NCBI GenBank assembly: GCA_019429005.1
Contig: JAHYJR010000003.1
Location: 64,001 to 128,000, forward strand
From: Nanobdellati archaeon
GTDB taxonomy: Archaea > EX4484-52 > GLR71
Reading direction: 5' to 3'
DNA: 64,000 nucleotides
Part shown: in pieces, positions 49,466 through 60,533 of the stretch
How the letters are laid out: each line of letters starts with the position of its first letter
Numbering within the stretch: the stretch's first letter is position 1
Notes under the pieces: generated by a model
Databases searched by the model: none
What the model was told of the DNA's origin: nothing
What the model saw: the letters and a program-made list of their open reading frames with translations, nothing else
Program-made: the position numbers and the translations under genes

Positions 49466-51145
49466 TCATTCAATATAATCTAAAAGGGATTTAAACACAA
49501 CAGGATCATCAATAAGTACTTCAAGATCCATTTTACTTAAAGGCCGATTATCTACGATAGTTAAAGCACGTTTTGGTCCAATTCCAGGAACAAATTCAAG
49601 ACATTTTTTAGAACAATTATTAATATCAAGAGGATAAGGCACACAAGTTATAGACCTATAACCCCACCCAACAACTTTTGCATCAAACATACCTTTGTTT
49701 ATAACGCAAGGAATTCCAACAAGAATTGGATAAGATCCAGATTGCCTTGCAAAAGCAATATCTTTATCTTGAAATTCAAATTTAAGATTTGTAAGCAAAA
49801 CACCTTTAGGCACTAGTCGTTCTAATATCACACGATCTATCTCAGTACGCACTTTATATTTATAATGAGTAAAGTAACGATGATGTTTACGCACTAACTT
49901 ATCACCTAAAGATTCCATACGCGTACCTGGAAAAACTGCAACCTGCCTAAGATTAATTCTGCGAACAAGAAGACCCTCATCAAGAAGAGATTTAAGAAAC
50001 GCAAAATTAAGTTGAAATGTCTTTTTAGTCTCACCAAAAAGCCCAAAAACAAAATTAATTCCAGGGAGAAGCATAGGCATACCGTTATTACCACGAACAG
50101 CACCAACTTTATTTAAAAGCCGCACTGCAAAAAGAACCTCATCAGGTGTAGTATTAAGATTATTTGCCAAAATCACAACAGGATCAGCACTTTCCATACC
50201 AAAAGCAGCAACATTACCAGGTGTACAATATTTAACAAGTGTTTTTGCTATTTTTTCGCATTCGACTGGATATTTTGCGATAACGTGAGGATTCGCATTA
50301 TCTATATGAAGTGTTTTTAGTTCGGGTGCAACTTTACATATACCCGAAAACAACAATTCTATAGATTCAGGATTAGGAACACTATCTTTTGACATATATG
50401 AAAAGATACATGGTTGTCTACCTAAACGAAAATGCCTAGCTCCAAAGGAATAAAGAGCTTGAACCTCATCAATTATATCTTTCTCTAACCTAAACTTAGA
50501 TTTACCAAAACGCAACGGCTCAGTACAAAATGAACAAAACGAATCACGACCACAACCACGATACGACTCTAACTCACACATTAACAAACTATCAAAATCA
50601 GGATGCTGTGTTATAATTTCAGCACCAAGTATTGCAAAATCACGTAAAAGTTTGTAATCACGCAATTTTGTAACATCTAAAGATTCAGCAGAACCGCCCG
50701 ATTTAAGATAACTATAAATAAAAAGTTCAATATCTCCAGAAACAACAAAATCAAAGACAGATTTAAGTTTTTCAAGTTCAGTATTCTTTATTACAGAACC
50801 GCCACAAGCAGATGTCCCTGAAGCTGCAACCGGACCACCTAGAAACTTTAAGCATTTAAGAGGTACAAAATAAGTAACAATTTCTTCAAAAGAAATAGGT
50901 GTACCTGCAATATACTTACCAGGCGTATGAACTCCTGCTATTGCAATAACAATATCAGCCTTATACAATAGAGCAGATTTATCATTTTGAGAACGCACAT
51001 CATCAATTGTCAAATAATTAATTTCTTCAGATATACCTAAAACTTTACGTATAGCACCAAAAACATATCTCGGATAGGTACCAATGTAGGGTGGCACACC
51101 AAGACCTGCAGGTTCATCTGTATATCCATCAAAAATGACAATCAT
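49466..51145 (-). CDS. Archaeal radical SAM protein with C-terminal HhH (COG1031-like)
   Basis: DGY.DEPAGLGVPPYI, RGC....CSFCTEP, HIDNAN, LPGIN, RRINLRQV, PGIG. Confidence 0.92.
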   Translation of the reverse strand: MIVIFDGYTDEPAGLGVPPYIGTYPRYVFGAIRKVLGISEEINYLTIDDVRSQNDKSALLYKADIVIAIAGVHTPGKYIAGTPISFEEIVTYFVPLKCLKFLGGPVAASGTSACGGSVIKNTELEKLKSVFDFVVSGDIELFIYSYLKSGGSAESLDVTKLRDYKLLRDFAILGAEIITQHPDFDSLLMCELESYRGCGRDSFCSFCTEPLRFGKSKFRLEKDIIDEVQALYSFGARHFRLGRQPCIFSYMSKDSVPNPESIELLFSGICKVAPELKTLHIDNANPHVIAKYPVECEKIAKTLVKYCTPGNVAAFGMESADPVVILANNLNTTPDEVLFAVRLLNKVGAVRGNNGMPMLLPGINFVFGLFGETKKTFQLNFAFLKSLLDEGLLVRRINLRQVAVFPGTRMESLGDKLVRKHHRYFTHYKYKVRTEIDRVILERLVPKGVLLTNLKFEFQDKDIAFARQSGSYPILVGIPCVINKGMFDAKVVGWGYRSITCVPYPLDINNCSKKCLEFVPGIGPKRALTIVDNRPLSKMDLEVLIDDPVVFKSLLDYIE

Positions 51146-51167
51146 ACTAATGTTTAAGTAAGTTAAT

Positions 51168-51235
51168 TTTAAAAACAATAAGACAAATTTAAAAACAATA
51201 AGACAAATTTAAAAACAATAAGACAAATTTAAAAA
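51168..51235. repeat. 20-bp perfect tandem repeat, about 3.4 copies
   Basis: TTTAAAAACAATAAGACAAA at 51168, 51188 and 51208. Confidence 0.95.
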
Positions 51236-51312
51236 TAATTTAAAAATAAAAAAAGATTCAAAAACCTTTAAAATACCTTTAAAAATTAGTCTCAACTCTC
51301 ACATTTAAAAGC

Positions 51313-52221
51313 CTATTTTATCTCAAGAGTTAAAAAATCGTATGCAAGCAGAGTATTCTTAAACACAGAAGTTGCATCCTTAAGAAGTTCTAATAAAGTA
51401 TCATCACCCTCATTCTGATACCTCCTACTTATATGCGTAAGAATAAGTTGTTTCACACCTGCAAGCTTTGCAACATTTGCAGCATCGAGAGATGTGGAAT
51501 GTCCTCGCTCATCAACATGTTCCATATTTGATGAAAATGTCGCATCATGTATAAGAAGATCTGCACTTTCAGAATATTTTATTACGTTACGACTATACCT
51601 AGTATCACCAGTATATACAACTTTACGACCAGGAATCTCAACAACTATATCTTCAGGACGAATAACTTCACCCTTAAACTTTATTGTCTTACCAGACTTA
51701 AGTTCCCCTACAATAGGACTTGTTTCAAGTCCCAGAGCTTTTGCTTTATCCATATCTGCTTTTTTCCGTAAATCCTCACAAAGTGAATACCCAAGAGATG
51801 GAATGCCATGAAGTGTCTTAAAAGCTATTATCTCATAACCATCACACCTAACAACATCAGCATCCTTAAGCTCAATTGCTTCAACTTCAAAACCCCTATA
51901 ATAATAACCAATATTCAAAAATTGTTCTAAAAACTTTTTTGTTCCCTCTGGACCATATACCAAAAGTTTCTTTTTTCGACCCTCAAGAGACATTGTCTGC
52001 ACAAGACCAAGGATACCCGCAAAATGATCAGCATGCCAATGTGTAATAAAAATCTTATCAATTTTCATAAATTTAAGATTCTTATCCATAAGCTGTCTTT
52101 GAGTACCTTCACCACAATCAAAAAGAATCCGATCACCTTTGAACATAACAAAGACAGATGGTAAATTTCTTTCACGTGTTGGTATACTTGCAGTTGTTCC
52201 AAGAAATGTAACTGTAATCAT
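51313..52221 (-). CDS. rnz: Ribonuclease Z
   Basis: LGT...P...RN, DCGEGTQ, THWHADH, GDT, HDAT, HST, HISRRY. Confidence 0.96.
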   Translation of the reverse strand: MITVTFLGTTASIPTRERNLPSVFVMFKGDRILFDCGEGTQRQLMDKNLKFMKIDKIFITHWHADHFAGILGLVQTMSLEGRKKKLLVYGPEGTKKFLEQFLNIGYYYRGFEVEAIELKDADVVRCDGYEIIAFKTLHGIPSLGYSLCEDLRKKADMDKAKALGLETSPIVGELKSGKTIKFKGEVIRPEDIVVEIPGRKVVYTGDTRYSRNVIKYSESADLLIHDATFSSNMEHVDERGHSTSLDAANVAKLAGVKQLILTHISRRYQNEGDDTLLELLKDATSVFKNTLLAYDFLTLEIK

Positions 52222-52313
52222 AATAATATTTTAACACCAAATCTTTTATTTTAATAAGCAAACTCTCACATTTTAACAATCATTTTAAAAAAATAAATAT
52301 ATATAATACAAAA

Positions 52314-52763
52314 ATGGTAAAATACCCACTAGCAGTAAAAAATAAAATCCCAAACCCTGAAGAACAAGATGAATTTGATGAGTCTTGGGAAGCTGTATAT
52401 AGACTTTTGGGTGTTGGAAATTCATTTGATACAGAAAACCACAAAATGCATACATTACCAACAACAAACACAAATACAAAATTCATCAACTACCTTGACA
52501 CACAGACAGATACAATAACAAACATAAAAGAAGACCTTGAATCAATGAACATCTTTGGCTATGAAAGTCAAGATAAAACATACCTTGAAAAACTTGTAAA
52601 AGATATTTCTGAAAATCTAGAATATGGCGAAATCAACAAAAAACAAATTGAAGACGCAAAAAATCTTAGAGACTCACTCAAACAAGAATACATAACATGG
52701 CAAAATAACAATTCACGCAAAGATTTGCACGAAGAAACAAAGGAATGGTATAAAATACGATAA
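52314..52763 (+). CDS. Hypothetical protein
   Basis: ORF with an upstream TATA box. No motif recognised. Confidence 0.6.
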   Translation: MVKYPLAVKNKIPNPEEQDEFDESWEAVYRLLGVGNSFDTENHKMHTLPTTNTNTKFINYLDTQTDTITNIKEDLESMNIFGYESQDKTYLEKLVKDISENLEYGEINKKQIEDAKNLRDSLKQEYITWQNNNSRKDLHEETKEWYKIR

Positions 52764-52844
52764 AACATCAAAAAAAGCAAACAAATTAATTAAACAGCTA
52801 ATTCTCCGAAAAATACAAAAAACAATCTAAAGTACACTTTACCC

Positions 52845-53837
52845 TTATACCAACTTAAAAAGATAAATGTATTTTGTAAGATTTTTATGTATGTAACTCT
52901 CACATTTTCTAACCAATTTTAAAAAATGAGGTATTTCTATATCGCCCACATTGGTTGATACAGCAGCATAACATCCAATTTTAAGCATATTAGGAATCAA
53001 TAACAAAAATTGTTGCATAAAATCTTTAGGTGTGACATCAAGTTTTGTATTTCGACCATAAGGCAAATCTGTAACAATACAATCAAACTTATCCTTAAAA
53101 GACTTAGATGCAATAAAAGAATCCGCACATAAAATATTATGCTCCAAAATACCATAATGTTTAAGATTAGCTATTGTACCTTCAACCATTACCCTATCAA
53201 GATCAATTCCAGTAATTTTTGCACCAATAAGAGCTGACTCAATCAAAAGCCCACCTGTACCTACAAAAGGATCAATAACAGATTTACCCGAAGAAACTCT
53301 TGCAATGTTACACATAGCTTTTGCAACTTTAGGCTTCAAAGACACAGGATGAAAAAAGGGACGTTTAACAGGCATTCTTTCTGAAAATGACGACACTCCA
53401 AATTCTTTGATAAGTATACCAAAAATCTGTTCACTACCAAAAAGATAAACACGGAAACTAGTCTTTGGATCCTTAAGATTAAACTTATACCCTAAGTTAA
53501 ACAAAAATGCACCCATCTTCTTTTCAATAACACTTCTATCTTGATTTTGTTCGGGATTTATTCTTGTAACTCTCACATTTACAGGTGATTTTATTAGATG
53601 TTGATACATATTAAAATCAACAACATCAAGACCATTCATACCCCCTATACACAGACCAACCTCTCTAGTATGTGACAAGTCAGTAAAATCAATGTTTTCA
53701 GCTATAGATTCAATAATAATTGCATTATCTAAATCCTGCTTAACAGAATACGATATATTTTGCACCTCAAGGCGTGAAAAAAGATCTTCTTTCGCAAGAC
53801 AAAGATTATCTTTTGAAAAAACAATAATATACTCCAT
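52845..53837 (-). CDS. trm11: tRNA (guanine10-N2)-methyltransferase
   Basis: THUMP-like N-terminus, RPFFHP.SL.P, DPFVGTGG, TDLPYG, IHK.L. Confidence 0.9.
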   Translation of the reverse strand: MEYIIVFSKDNLCLAKEDLFSRLEVQNISYSVKQDLDNAIIIESIAENIDFTDLSHTREVGLCIGGMNGLDVVDFNMYQHLIKSPVNVRVTRINPEQNQDRSVIEKKMGAFLFNLGYKFNLKDPKTSFRVYLFGSEQIFGILIKEFGVSSFSERMPVKRPFFHPVSLKPKVAKAMCNIARVSSGKSVIDPFVGTGGLLIESALIGAKITGIDLDRVMVEGTIANLKHYGILEHNILCADSFIASKSFKDKFDCIVTDLPYGRNTKLDVTPKDFMQQFLLLIPNMLKIGCYAAVSTNVGDIEIPHFLKLVRKCESYIHKNLTKYIYLFKLV

Positions 53838-54082
53838 ATTTAACCCAGTTCAATACTTTAAAACGTAATTTTATTATATTTACTGCATTTTTAACACTTT
53901 TTAGTTATTTTTTAAGATTTTTACAAACATTATCATATTTTAAATTTTCGGCATAACACACAATAAATCTATAGCTATATATCAATATAAAATTATACTT
54001 AATATACACAGATATTTAATATATTTTTATAAATTTATGAAAGTATAAGATAATACAAATATACAATAATATATTTAGATAT

Positions 54083-54138
54083 TTATACAATTATACAATT
54101 ATACAATTATACAATTATACAATTATACAATTATACAA
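54083..54138. repeat. 8-bp tandem repeat, 7 copies (TTATACAA)
   Basis: Directly visible in the sequence. Confidence 0.95.
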
Positions 54139-54478
54139 ATATAAACAAAACACAATACATAACTATACACTTATAATAAAATATAATTACAAAATAATTA
54201 TAATACATAATAATAAATTAATACTAATATATTATCATAAAACAATAATCAAAGATAAGTATAAAAGCATATTAAAAAACGAAAGAGATAAATAGATTAG
54301 ATTAATTTAAATATAGGCACTAGGCACTTTAAAAATTTAAAAAAATAAAAAATAAAAAATAAAAAATAAAATTCAACTAAATGAAAACTAAAAATAAAAA
54401 TAATACAAAATTCATGCTTAGACACTAGTAACCAAAAAATAAAAACGATAAATTAAAAACAAAAATTATTAGCAATTT

Positions 54479-55726
54479 CTATTTTTTTATTCTTATATCT
54501 GCTGCATTTTTATGTCCTTTAAGTCCTTCAAGATCAGCCATTCGGGATGCAATTTTACCTAAAGCAATACAACTATTTTTATCAATCTCTTGATAAGTTA
54601 AAATTTTAATAAAATCTTTAACAGATAATCCTCCAGTATATTTTGAAGCACCATTAGTTGGTAATGTATGATTAGTCCCACTACAATAATCACCAAATAC
54701 TTCTGCAGAATAATTTCCAATAAACAAAGATCCATAATTAGTCAATTCAGAAATTAACTGTTCCTTATCTTTAACTTGTATTTCTAAATGTTCTGGTGCT
54801 CTTCTATTAGCGATTTTAATTGCTTCAGTCAAATTATTAACAAGAACAATTTTACCATTATTCAAAGCGATTTTTGCAACATCTTTAGTTGATAATTTTT
54901 CCAATTGAATTTTTAACTCATTATTAACTTCTTCTGCTAGTTCTTTAGAAGTTGTCAATAAATCACATCTTGCATTTGGATCGTGTTCTGCTTGAGCCAA
55001 TAAATCTGCTGCAATAAATTCCGGATTACCCGTTTCATCTGCAATAATCAAAACTTCGCTTGGACCAGCAATAAAATCAATACCTACAAAACCATAAACT
55101 TCTTTTTTTGCAACAGCAACAAATTCATTTCCCGGTCCAACTATTTTATTTACTTTAGGTACTAATTTTGTACCATAAGCCATAGCTCCTATAGCTTGAA
55201 TTCCACCAATATTAAATATTTTATCCGCACCAGCAATATCTGCTGCAACAATAGTTATAGAATCAATTTTAGGTGAACATACGATTATTTCTTTTACGCC
55301 AGCAACTTTTGCAGGAATCACACTCATCAAAGCTGAAGAAGGTAAAGGATATCTTCCCCCTGGAACATAACAACCCACTTTTTCTATTGGAATTATTTTT
55401 TGTCCAAGTATAACTCCGTCTTTTTTAATTTCGAAATTTTTAAATGTTTTAAATTGTTCTTTTGCAAAAAATGTTATATTTTTGGCAGCTTCCTTAAGAA
55501 TTGAAACATCTTCTGAATTAACTTTTTTATATGCATCTTCAATTTGTTTTTTTGTAATTAAAGTATTTTCTAAATCTAAATTATCAAACTTCTTTGTGTA
55601 TTTATTAACGGCTTTATCTCCATCTGTTTTAACTTCATTTAATATTTGATTTACAACTTCAATTTTTTCTAGTTCTAGATATTCATAATATTTATTTGTT
55701 AAATCATTAGAATTTATTATCTCCAT
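54479..55726 (-). CDS. hisD: Histidinol dehydrogenase
   Basis: YVPGG, GPGN, AGPSE, QAEHD, APEHL, GDY.SGTNH.LPT. Confidence 0.96.
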   Translation of the reverse strand: MEIINSNDLTNKYYEYLELEKIEVVNQILNEVKTDGDKAVNKYTKKFDNLDLENTLITKKQIEDAYKKVNSEDVSILKEAAKNITFFAKEQFKTFKNFEIKKDGVILGQKIIPIEKVGCYVPGGRYPLPSSALMSVIPAKVAGVKEIIVCSPKIDSITIVAADIAGADKIFNIGGIQAIGAMAYGTKLVPKVNKIVGPGNEFVAVAKKEVYGFVGIDFIAGPSEVLIIADETGNPEFIAADLLAQAEHDPNARCDLLTTSKELAEEVNNELKIQLEKLSTKDVAKIALNNGKIVLVNNLTEAIKIANRRAPEHLEIQVKDKEQLISELTNYGSLFIGNYSAEVFGDYCSGTNHTLPTNGASKYTGGLSVKDFIKILTYQEIDKNSCIALGKIASRMADLEGLKGHKNAADIRIKK

Positions 55727-55826
55727 AGTATTACATTACATTATTGTTATATATAAATCCTTTTATAGAGAATTTCAAAACTATAATTACATATAACAAC
55801 CTTTAAACAACAAAAATAATAACATC

Positions 55827-56621
55827 TCATACAGATTTAATCCAACTCTTAAACAGCAAAGCATCTTGTTCAATAAGGGGACTTTCAGAAATGATTGTAA
55901 CATTATACTGATTTTCATTAAGAATTTCTGCCAAAAGCCTAAAGTCTGGCTCACTTGAAGACAATGGAAGATGATGCTTTTCGTTACCATTCTCATATTT
56001 TATACCAGTCATATGACAATGCAACTGCTTTACACCTATTTTATCAAACTTGTCAAGAATTACCTTAAAATCCTCTTTAGTTTTCAATCCACCATTACCC
56101 CTTGCATGTACATGCGCAAAATCTATAACAGGCGCAACATTTTCACAATCTTCAGTTAATTTTACAATTTCATTAACCGTACCAAACTGTTTCTGACGAC
56201 CCATCGTCTCAATACCAAGTTTAGCTTTACTTTCAAATTGACAACATGCATCCTTTATCATTTTATAAACATCTTGTGCAGGTCGCTCCATATAAAAACC
56301 AGCATGAACAACAACAATTTTAGCACCGCAAATATCTGCAATGTTTAATGTTTCAGCTATAAGATTTTTACTATTTTCAATAACTTTTGGATTTTTTGAT
56401 GCAAGATTAATAAAATATGGTGCATGGCACGACAGAGAAACATCAAATTTGCGCGCAACTTTACCTACTTCTCGTGCAGATTCCTCTGTAAGATAAATAC
56501 GTTTGACAAACTCTAATTCAAGTGCAGACAAACCTAACTTTGACACGCAATCTATTGCATCAGCGGTTTTCTTTCCCTTACAAATAAGCGGAATCCCTGC
56601 AGAACCAATACGAATTCTCAT
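55827..56621 (-). CDS. nfo: Endonuclease IV-like TIM-barrel protein
   Basis: E.EFV, HAPYFINL, HAG, ETMG...QFG, DFAH.HAR, H, ESP..E.DA. Confidence 0.9.
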   Translation of the reverse strand: MRIRIGSAGIPLICKGKKTADAIDCVSKLGLSALELEFVKRIYLTEESAREVGKVARKFDVSLSCHAPYFINLASKNPKVIENSKNLIAETLNIADICGAKIVVVHAGFYMERPAQDVYKMIKDACCQFESKAKLGIETMGRQKQFGTVNEIVKLTEDCENVAPVIDFAHVHARGNGGLKTKEDFKVILDKFDKIGVKQLHCHMTGIKYENGNEKHHLPLSSSEPDFRLLAEILNENQYNVTIISESPLIEQDALLFKSWIKSV

Positions 56622-56723
56622 AGCTTATTATTAGGTTTTAGGTTATATATTTCTTGAGAAATATTACAAAACTTATACTAAACAAAACCAACCTTTTTAA
56701 ATTTAATTCTATGTACACAGATT

Positions 56724-57450
56724 ATGTCTAAAGTCTATTTACTACAAGACGGTGATATTCAACCTAGTGACGATGATGAAATATACGCACCTCTAACAAT
56801 TAAACTGGTAGAATATATTATGGATCCAGCATCAGCTAAATTTAGAAATCTCAAGATAAATATGAATCCACAATACCTATTAATTGACGCAGGTGGACCA
56901 ACAGATACTGTAGAAGACCTTAATACTTAGCTAGAAAAAGCTAAAATCACAAATCAAGATATTAATTAAGTCATAACCACGCACAACCACCCCCAATCAC
57001 GTAGGACTTGCAAAATTTATAGGCGATGAAAATGGCACAACAATATATGGTCCTGATTCAACATACCACAACAGAAAAGGTTTATATTCAGAAAGAACAC
57101 CTGAACATAATTTTAATTGGGACATAACTTTTGTTGACACATCGGGCCACGAAAGTACTAAAGACAGATCTGTAATTGTAACTAAAGATGATGGTTTTAC
57201 AGCAATTGTAGGCGATTTAATGCTTAACAGACTAGAATATGACGAGCCATATAATATAAAACAATGGGAACCAGACAACAGCTCAGACATTAACAACTCA
57301 AGACTAGATATACTTATGGGTTATCCAGACATTACTGAAATAATACCTGGCCATGGTGCACCTTTTAAAGTAAACAGAATTAAAAAAATATCAAAATTAA
57401 AAAACAAAAAAAATATTGAATTTAAGATAAAATCAAAAAAACAATCTTAA
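56724..57450 (+). pseudogene. Metallo-beta-lactamase-fold hydrolase pseudogene
   Basis: LLIDAG, in-frame stops at 56928 and 56967, a frameshift inside the THxHxDH motif, then T.GH, GDL and IIPGHG. Confidence 0.8.
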
Positions 57451-57456
57451 TTTATC

Positions 57457-59394
57457 TCAATCAATCTTTTTAGTATCAATCTTATCTGTAATTTCTTTTA
57501 TAAAAGCATCAACCGATACACCATATGTAACTTTACCCAAACGTGTCCTGACTGTAACTGATTTTTTCTCAATCTCTTTATCACCAACAACTAGCATATA
57601 CGGGATTTTCTGAAGCTGAGCCTCACGTATCTTATACTCAACAGTCTCAGTCCTGAAATCACTCTCAACACGAATACCTAAAGCAGATAATTTAGCAATA
57701 ACTTCTTCAGCATAATCTTGATGCCTATCAGCAATTGTTATCATCTTAACTTGAACTGGCGCAATCCATGTTGGGAATGCTCCTGCATATTTCTCAATAA
57801 GCATAGCAAGCGTTCGCTCATAACAGCCAATAGATGAACGATGTACAACCATAGGTCTTTGCTTAGAATTATCTTTAGCCACATAAGTCATATCAAATCG
57901 CTCAGGTAATGCAAAATCAATCTGTACAGTTATGATAGTATCTTCTTTACCATACACATTTTTAGCTTGAATATCTAATTTAGGGCCATAAAATGCAGCT
58001 TCACCATTGGCCTCAACATAATCAAGTTTAAGATGATCTAAAATAGTCTTCATCATCTTCTGTGATTTATCCCAAGCATCCGGATTATCAATATATTTTT
58101 TCTTATTAGCAGGATCCCATTTAGAGAACCTATACCAAATATCTTTATCAATACCCAATATTTTCATAACTGATGTTATAAAACTAAGAGCCTTCTTAAA
58201 TTCATCCTCAAGCTGTTCCTGCATACAGATGATATGACCTTCAGATAAAGTAAACTGTCTCATCCGTGTAAGACCATGCATCTCACCTGAAGACTCATTT
58301 CTAAACAAACTAGACGTTTCATAATATCTTAAAGGCAAATCTTTGTAACTTCGTTGACTTGATTTATAAATCATAAATTGGAAAGGACATGTCATAGGCC
58401 TTAAAGCTAAAATCTCATCTTTACCATCAATCAAAAACATATCATCTTTATAATGATCCCAATGCCCAGAGATTTTATACAAATCACTTTTTGCCATAAA
58501 TGGTGTTTTTGTAACTTGATATCCTCTTTTTTCTTCTTCATCCTCAATAAATCTCTGAAGAATCTGTATAATCTTTGCACCCTTAGGCATAAGAAGCGGT
58601 AACCCTTGACCTATAGCATCATTAGTTGTAAAAAGTTCAAGCTCACGCCCAATCTTGTTATGATCCCTCTTTTCAGCCTCAGCAATCATCTCAAGATGCT
58701 CTGATAACTCACTTTTTTTAGGAAAAGACACACCATAAATCCTTGAAAGCATCTTATTCTTAGAGTCCCCCTTCCAATATGCACCAGACACTTTAGTAAG
58801 CTTAATAGCTTTCAAAACACCACTTGATGCGACATGAGGTCCACGGCAAAGATCAATAAAATCACCAGATTTATAGAATGTAATTTCTTCACCATCAGGA
58901 ATCACATTGATAAGCTCCACCTTATACTCATTTTTATCTTTCTTGAAATGTGCCAAAGCATCCTTTTTGCTCATTACAATTCGCTCAAAAGATTCATCTT
59001 TTTTAATAATCTCTTTCATCTTAGATTCAATTTTGTAAAGGTCTTCAGGCGAAAAAGGTTTAGCTACATCAAAATCATAATAAAAACCATCTTCAATTGA
59101 AGGACCAATTGTAGGTTTTGCATCTGGATAAAGTGTAATTACAGCCTGTGCTAAAACATGTGCAGTTGAATGCCGAAATATGTCAAGACCTTCAGGAGAT
59201 TTCATTGTGATTATTGATATCTTTGTATCGCCCATAATCTTATGTGTCATATCAACAAGGGTGCCATCAATCTTTCCAGCAACAGCAGCTCTCGCAAGAC
59301 CCTCACCAATCGATAATGCCACATCTTTGACTGTTGTGCCCTTAATGACTTTAATCTTAGAATTATCCGGAAGTATTATTGTAATATTGCTCAT
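57457..59394 (-). CDS. thrS: Threonine--tRNA ligase, bacterial type
   Basis: TGS domain, RHSTAH, DLCRGPH editing domain, RDHNKIG, RPMTCP, AAFYGPKLD, HRS. Confidence 0.97.
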   Translation of the reverse strand: MSNITIILPDNSKIKVIKGTTVKDVALSIGEGLARAAVAGKIDGTLVDMTHKIMGDTKISIITMKSPEGLDIFRHSTAHVLAQAVITLYPDAKPTIGPSIEDGFYYDFDVAKPFSPEDLYKIESKMKEIIKKDESFERIVMSKKDALAHFKKDKNEYKVELINVIPDGEEITFYKSGDFIDLCRGPHVASSGVLKAIKLTKVSGAYWKGDSKNKMLSRIYGVSFPKKSELSEHLEMIAEAEKRDHNKIGRELELFTTNDAIGQGLPLLMPKGAKIIQILQRFIEDEEEKRGYQVTKTPFMAKSDLYKISGHWDHYKDDMFLIDGKDEILALRPMTCPFQFMIYKSSQRSYKDLPLRYYETSSLFRNESSGEMHGLTRMRQFTLSEGHIICMQEQLEDEFKKALSFITSVMKILGIDKDIWYRFSKWDPANKKKYIDNPDAWDKSQKMMKTILDHLKLDYVEANGEAAFYGPKLDIQAKNVYGKEDTIITVQIDFALPERFDMTYVAKDNSKQRPMVVHRSSIGCYERTLAMLIEKYAGAFPTWIAPVQVKMITIADRHQDYAEEVIAKLSALGIRVESDFRTETVEYKIREAQLQKIPYMLVVGDKEIEKKSVTVRTRLGKVTYGVSVDAFIKEITDKIDTKKID

Positions 59395-59657
59395 AAAAAA
59401 TCACTTTTATCTATAATTATATTTCTAATACTAATAGAACTAGTTATATTTAAATTATATATAGGATGAACTAAAGAAACCACTGATTCAAATTTACCGT
59501 ACTGTAAAGCATCCACCCATAAAAACCAATTAATAGTTAGATATTTAGCTTTATAAATGTTTTTAAAATTAAATAAAAGAAAAAGATATTAAGATTCACA
59601 CAAACCTATACTTTAAAAAAAATTAAACGGTTTATTAAAAATAATCCTTAAACAAAC

Positions 59658-60518
59658 CTATTTTTTAAATTCCTTATCAAAAGAAGCATCAACACGTTTC
59701 TGATATTCATCAATGTCCTCATCAGTCAAATGCTTAAATCTCTTCTGAGCACGCAAATAATCCTTAACAGGTACACCCTTAGGCTTATGAGTTAAAGTCT
59801 TTTCACCATCAATAATCTCAAACAAGGACCACATCTTACTTTCAACTGCAAGCTTTGCAACGTCAACAGTCTTTGATGACTCAAAATACCATCCGACAGG
59901 ACACGGTGCATGGATATGAACATATTTAGGACCCTTGATGCTAAGTGCTTTTCTAATTTTCATTTTTAAATCAGCCGGAAATGCAATTGATGCAGTTGCA
60001 ACATAAGGCAGATTATGGGCAACAGCAATAGCAGGCACATCTTTTTTCCATTGAATCTTACCTTTACTTACTAAACCCGATGGTGTTGTAGTAGTTGACG
60101 CACGCCATGGAGTTGAACCAGATCTCTGTATACCTGTATTCATATATGCCTCATTATCATAACAAATTACAAGAACATCTTGACCACGCTCCCAAAGACC
60201 GCTTACAGCCTGAAAACCAATATCAAGCATACCACCATCACCGCCTAAAGCAATAACAGCCGTTTTATCATTACCTTGAGCAATAAGTGCTTCCTTAACA
60301 CCAGATGCAACAGCTGCCGCATTTTCAAATGTTACATGTATCCATGGAACTTTCCAAGATGTCATAGGATACTGACTTGTTGTAACTTCAATACACCCTG
60401 TAGCATTACATATAACAATATCTTCACCTGTAGCTTCAAGAAGAGTCCTTATAGCAATCGCTGGACCGCATCCAGCACAAGTGCTATATCCCGGTGCAAG
60501 TAAACTTTTATCATCCAT
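59658..60518 (-). CDS. porB: Pyruvate:ferredoxin oxidoreductase beta subunit
   Basis: CAGCG, ATGC, GGDGG..DIG, DNEAYMNTG.QRS. Confidence 0.95.
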   Translation of the reverse strand: MDDKSLLAPGYSTCAGCGPAIAIRTLLEATGEDIVICNATGCIEVTTSQYPMTSWKVPWIHVTFENAAAVASGVKEALIAQGNDKTAVIALGGDGGMLDIGFQAVSGLWERGQDVLVICYDNEAYMNTGIQRSGSTPWRASTTTTPSGLVSKGKIQWKKDVPAIAVAHNLPYVATASIAFPADLKMKIRKALSIKGPKYVHIHAPCPVGWYFESSKTVDVAKLAVESKMWSLFEIIDGEKTLTHKPKGVPVKDYLRAQKRFKHLTDEDIDEYQKRVDASFDKEFKK

Positions 60519-60533
60519 AAATATCACAAATTT

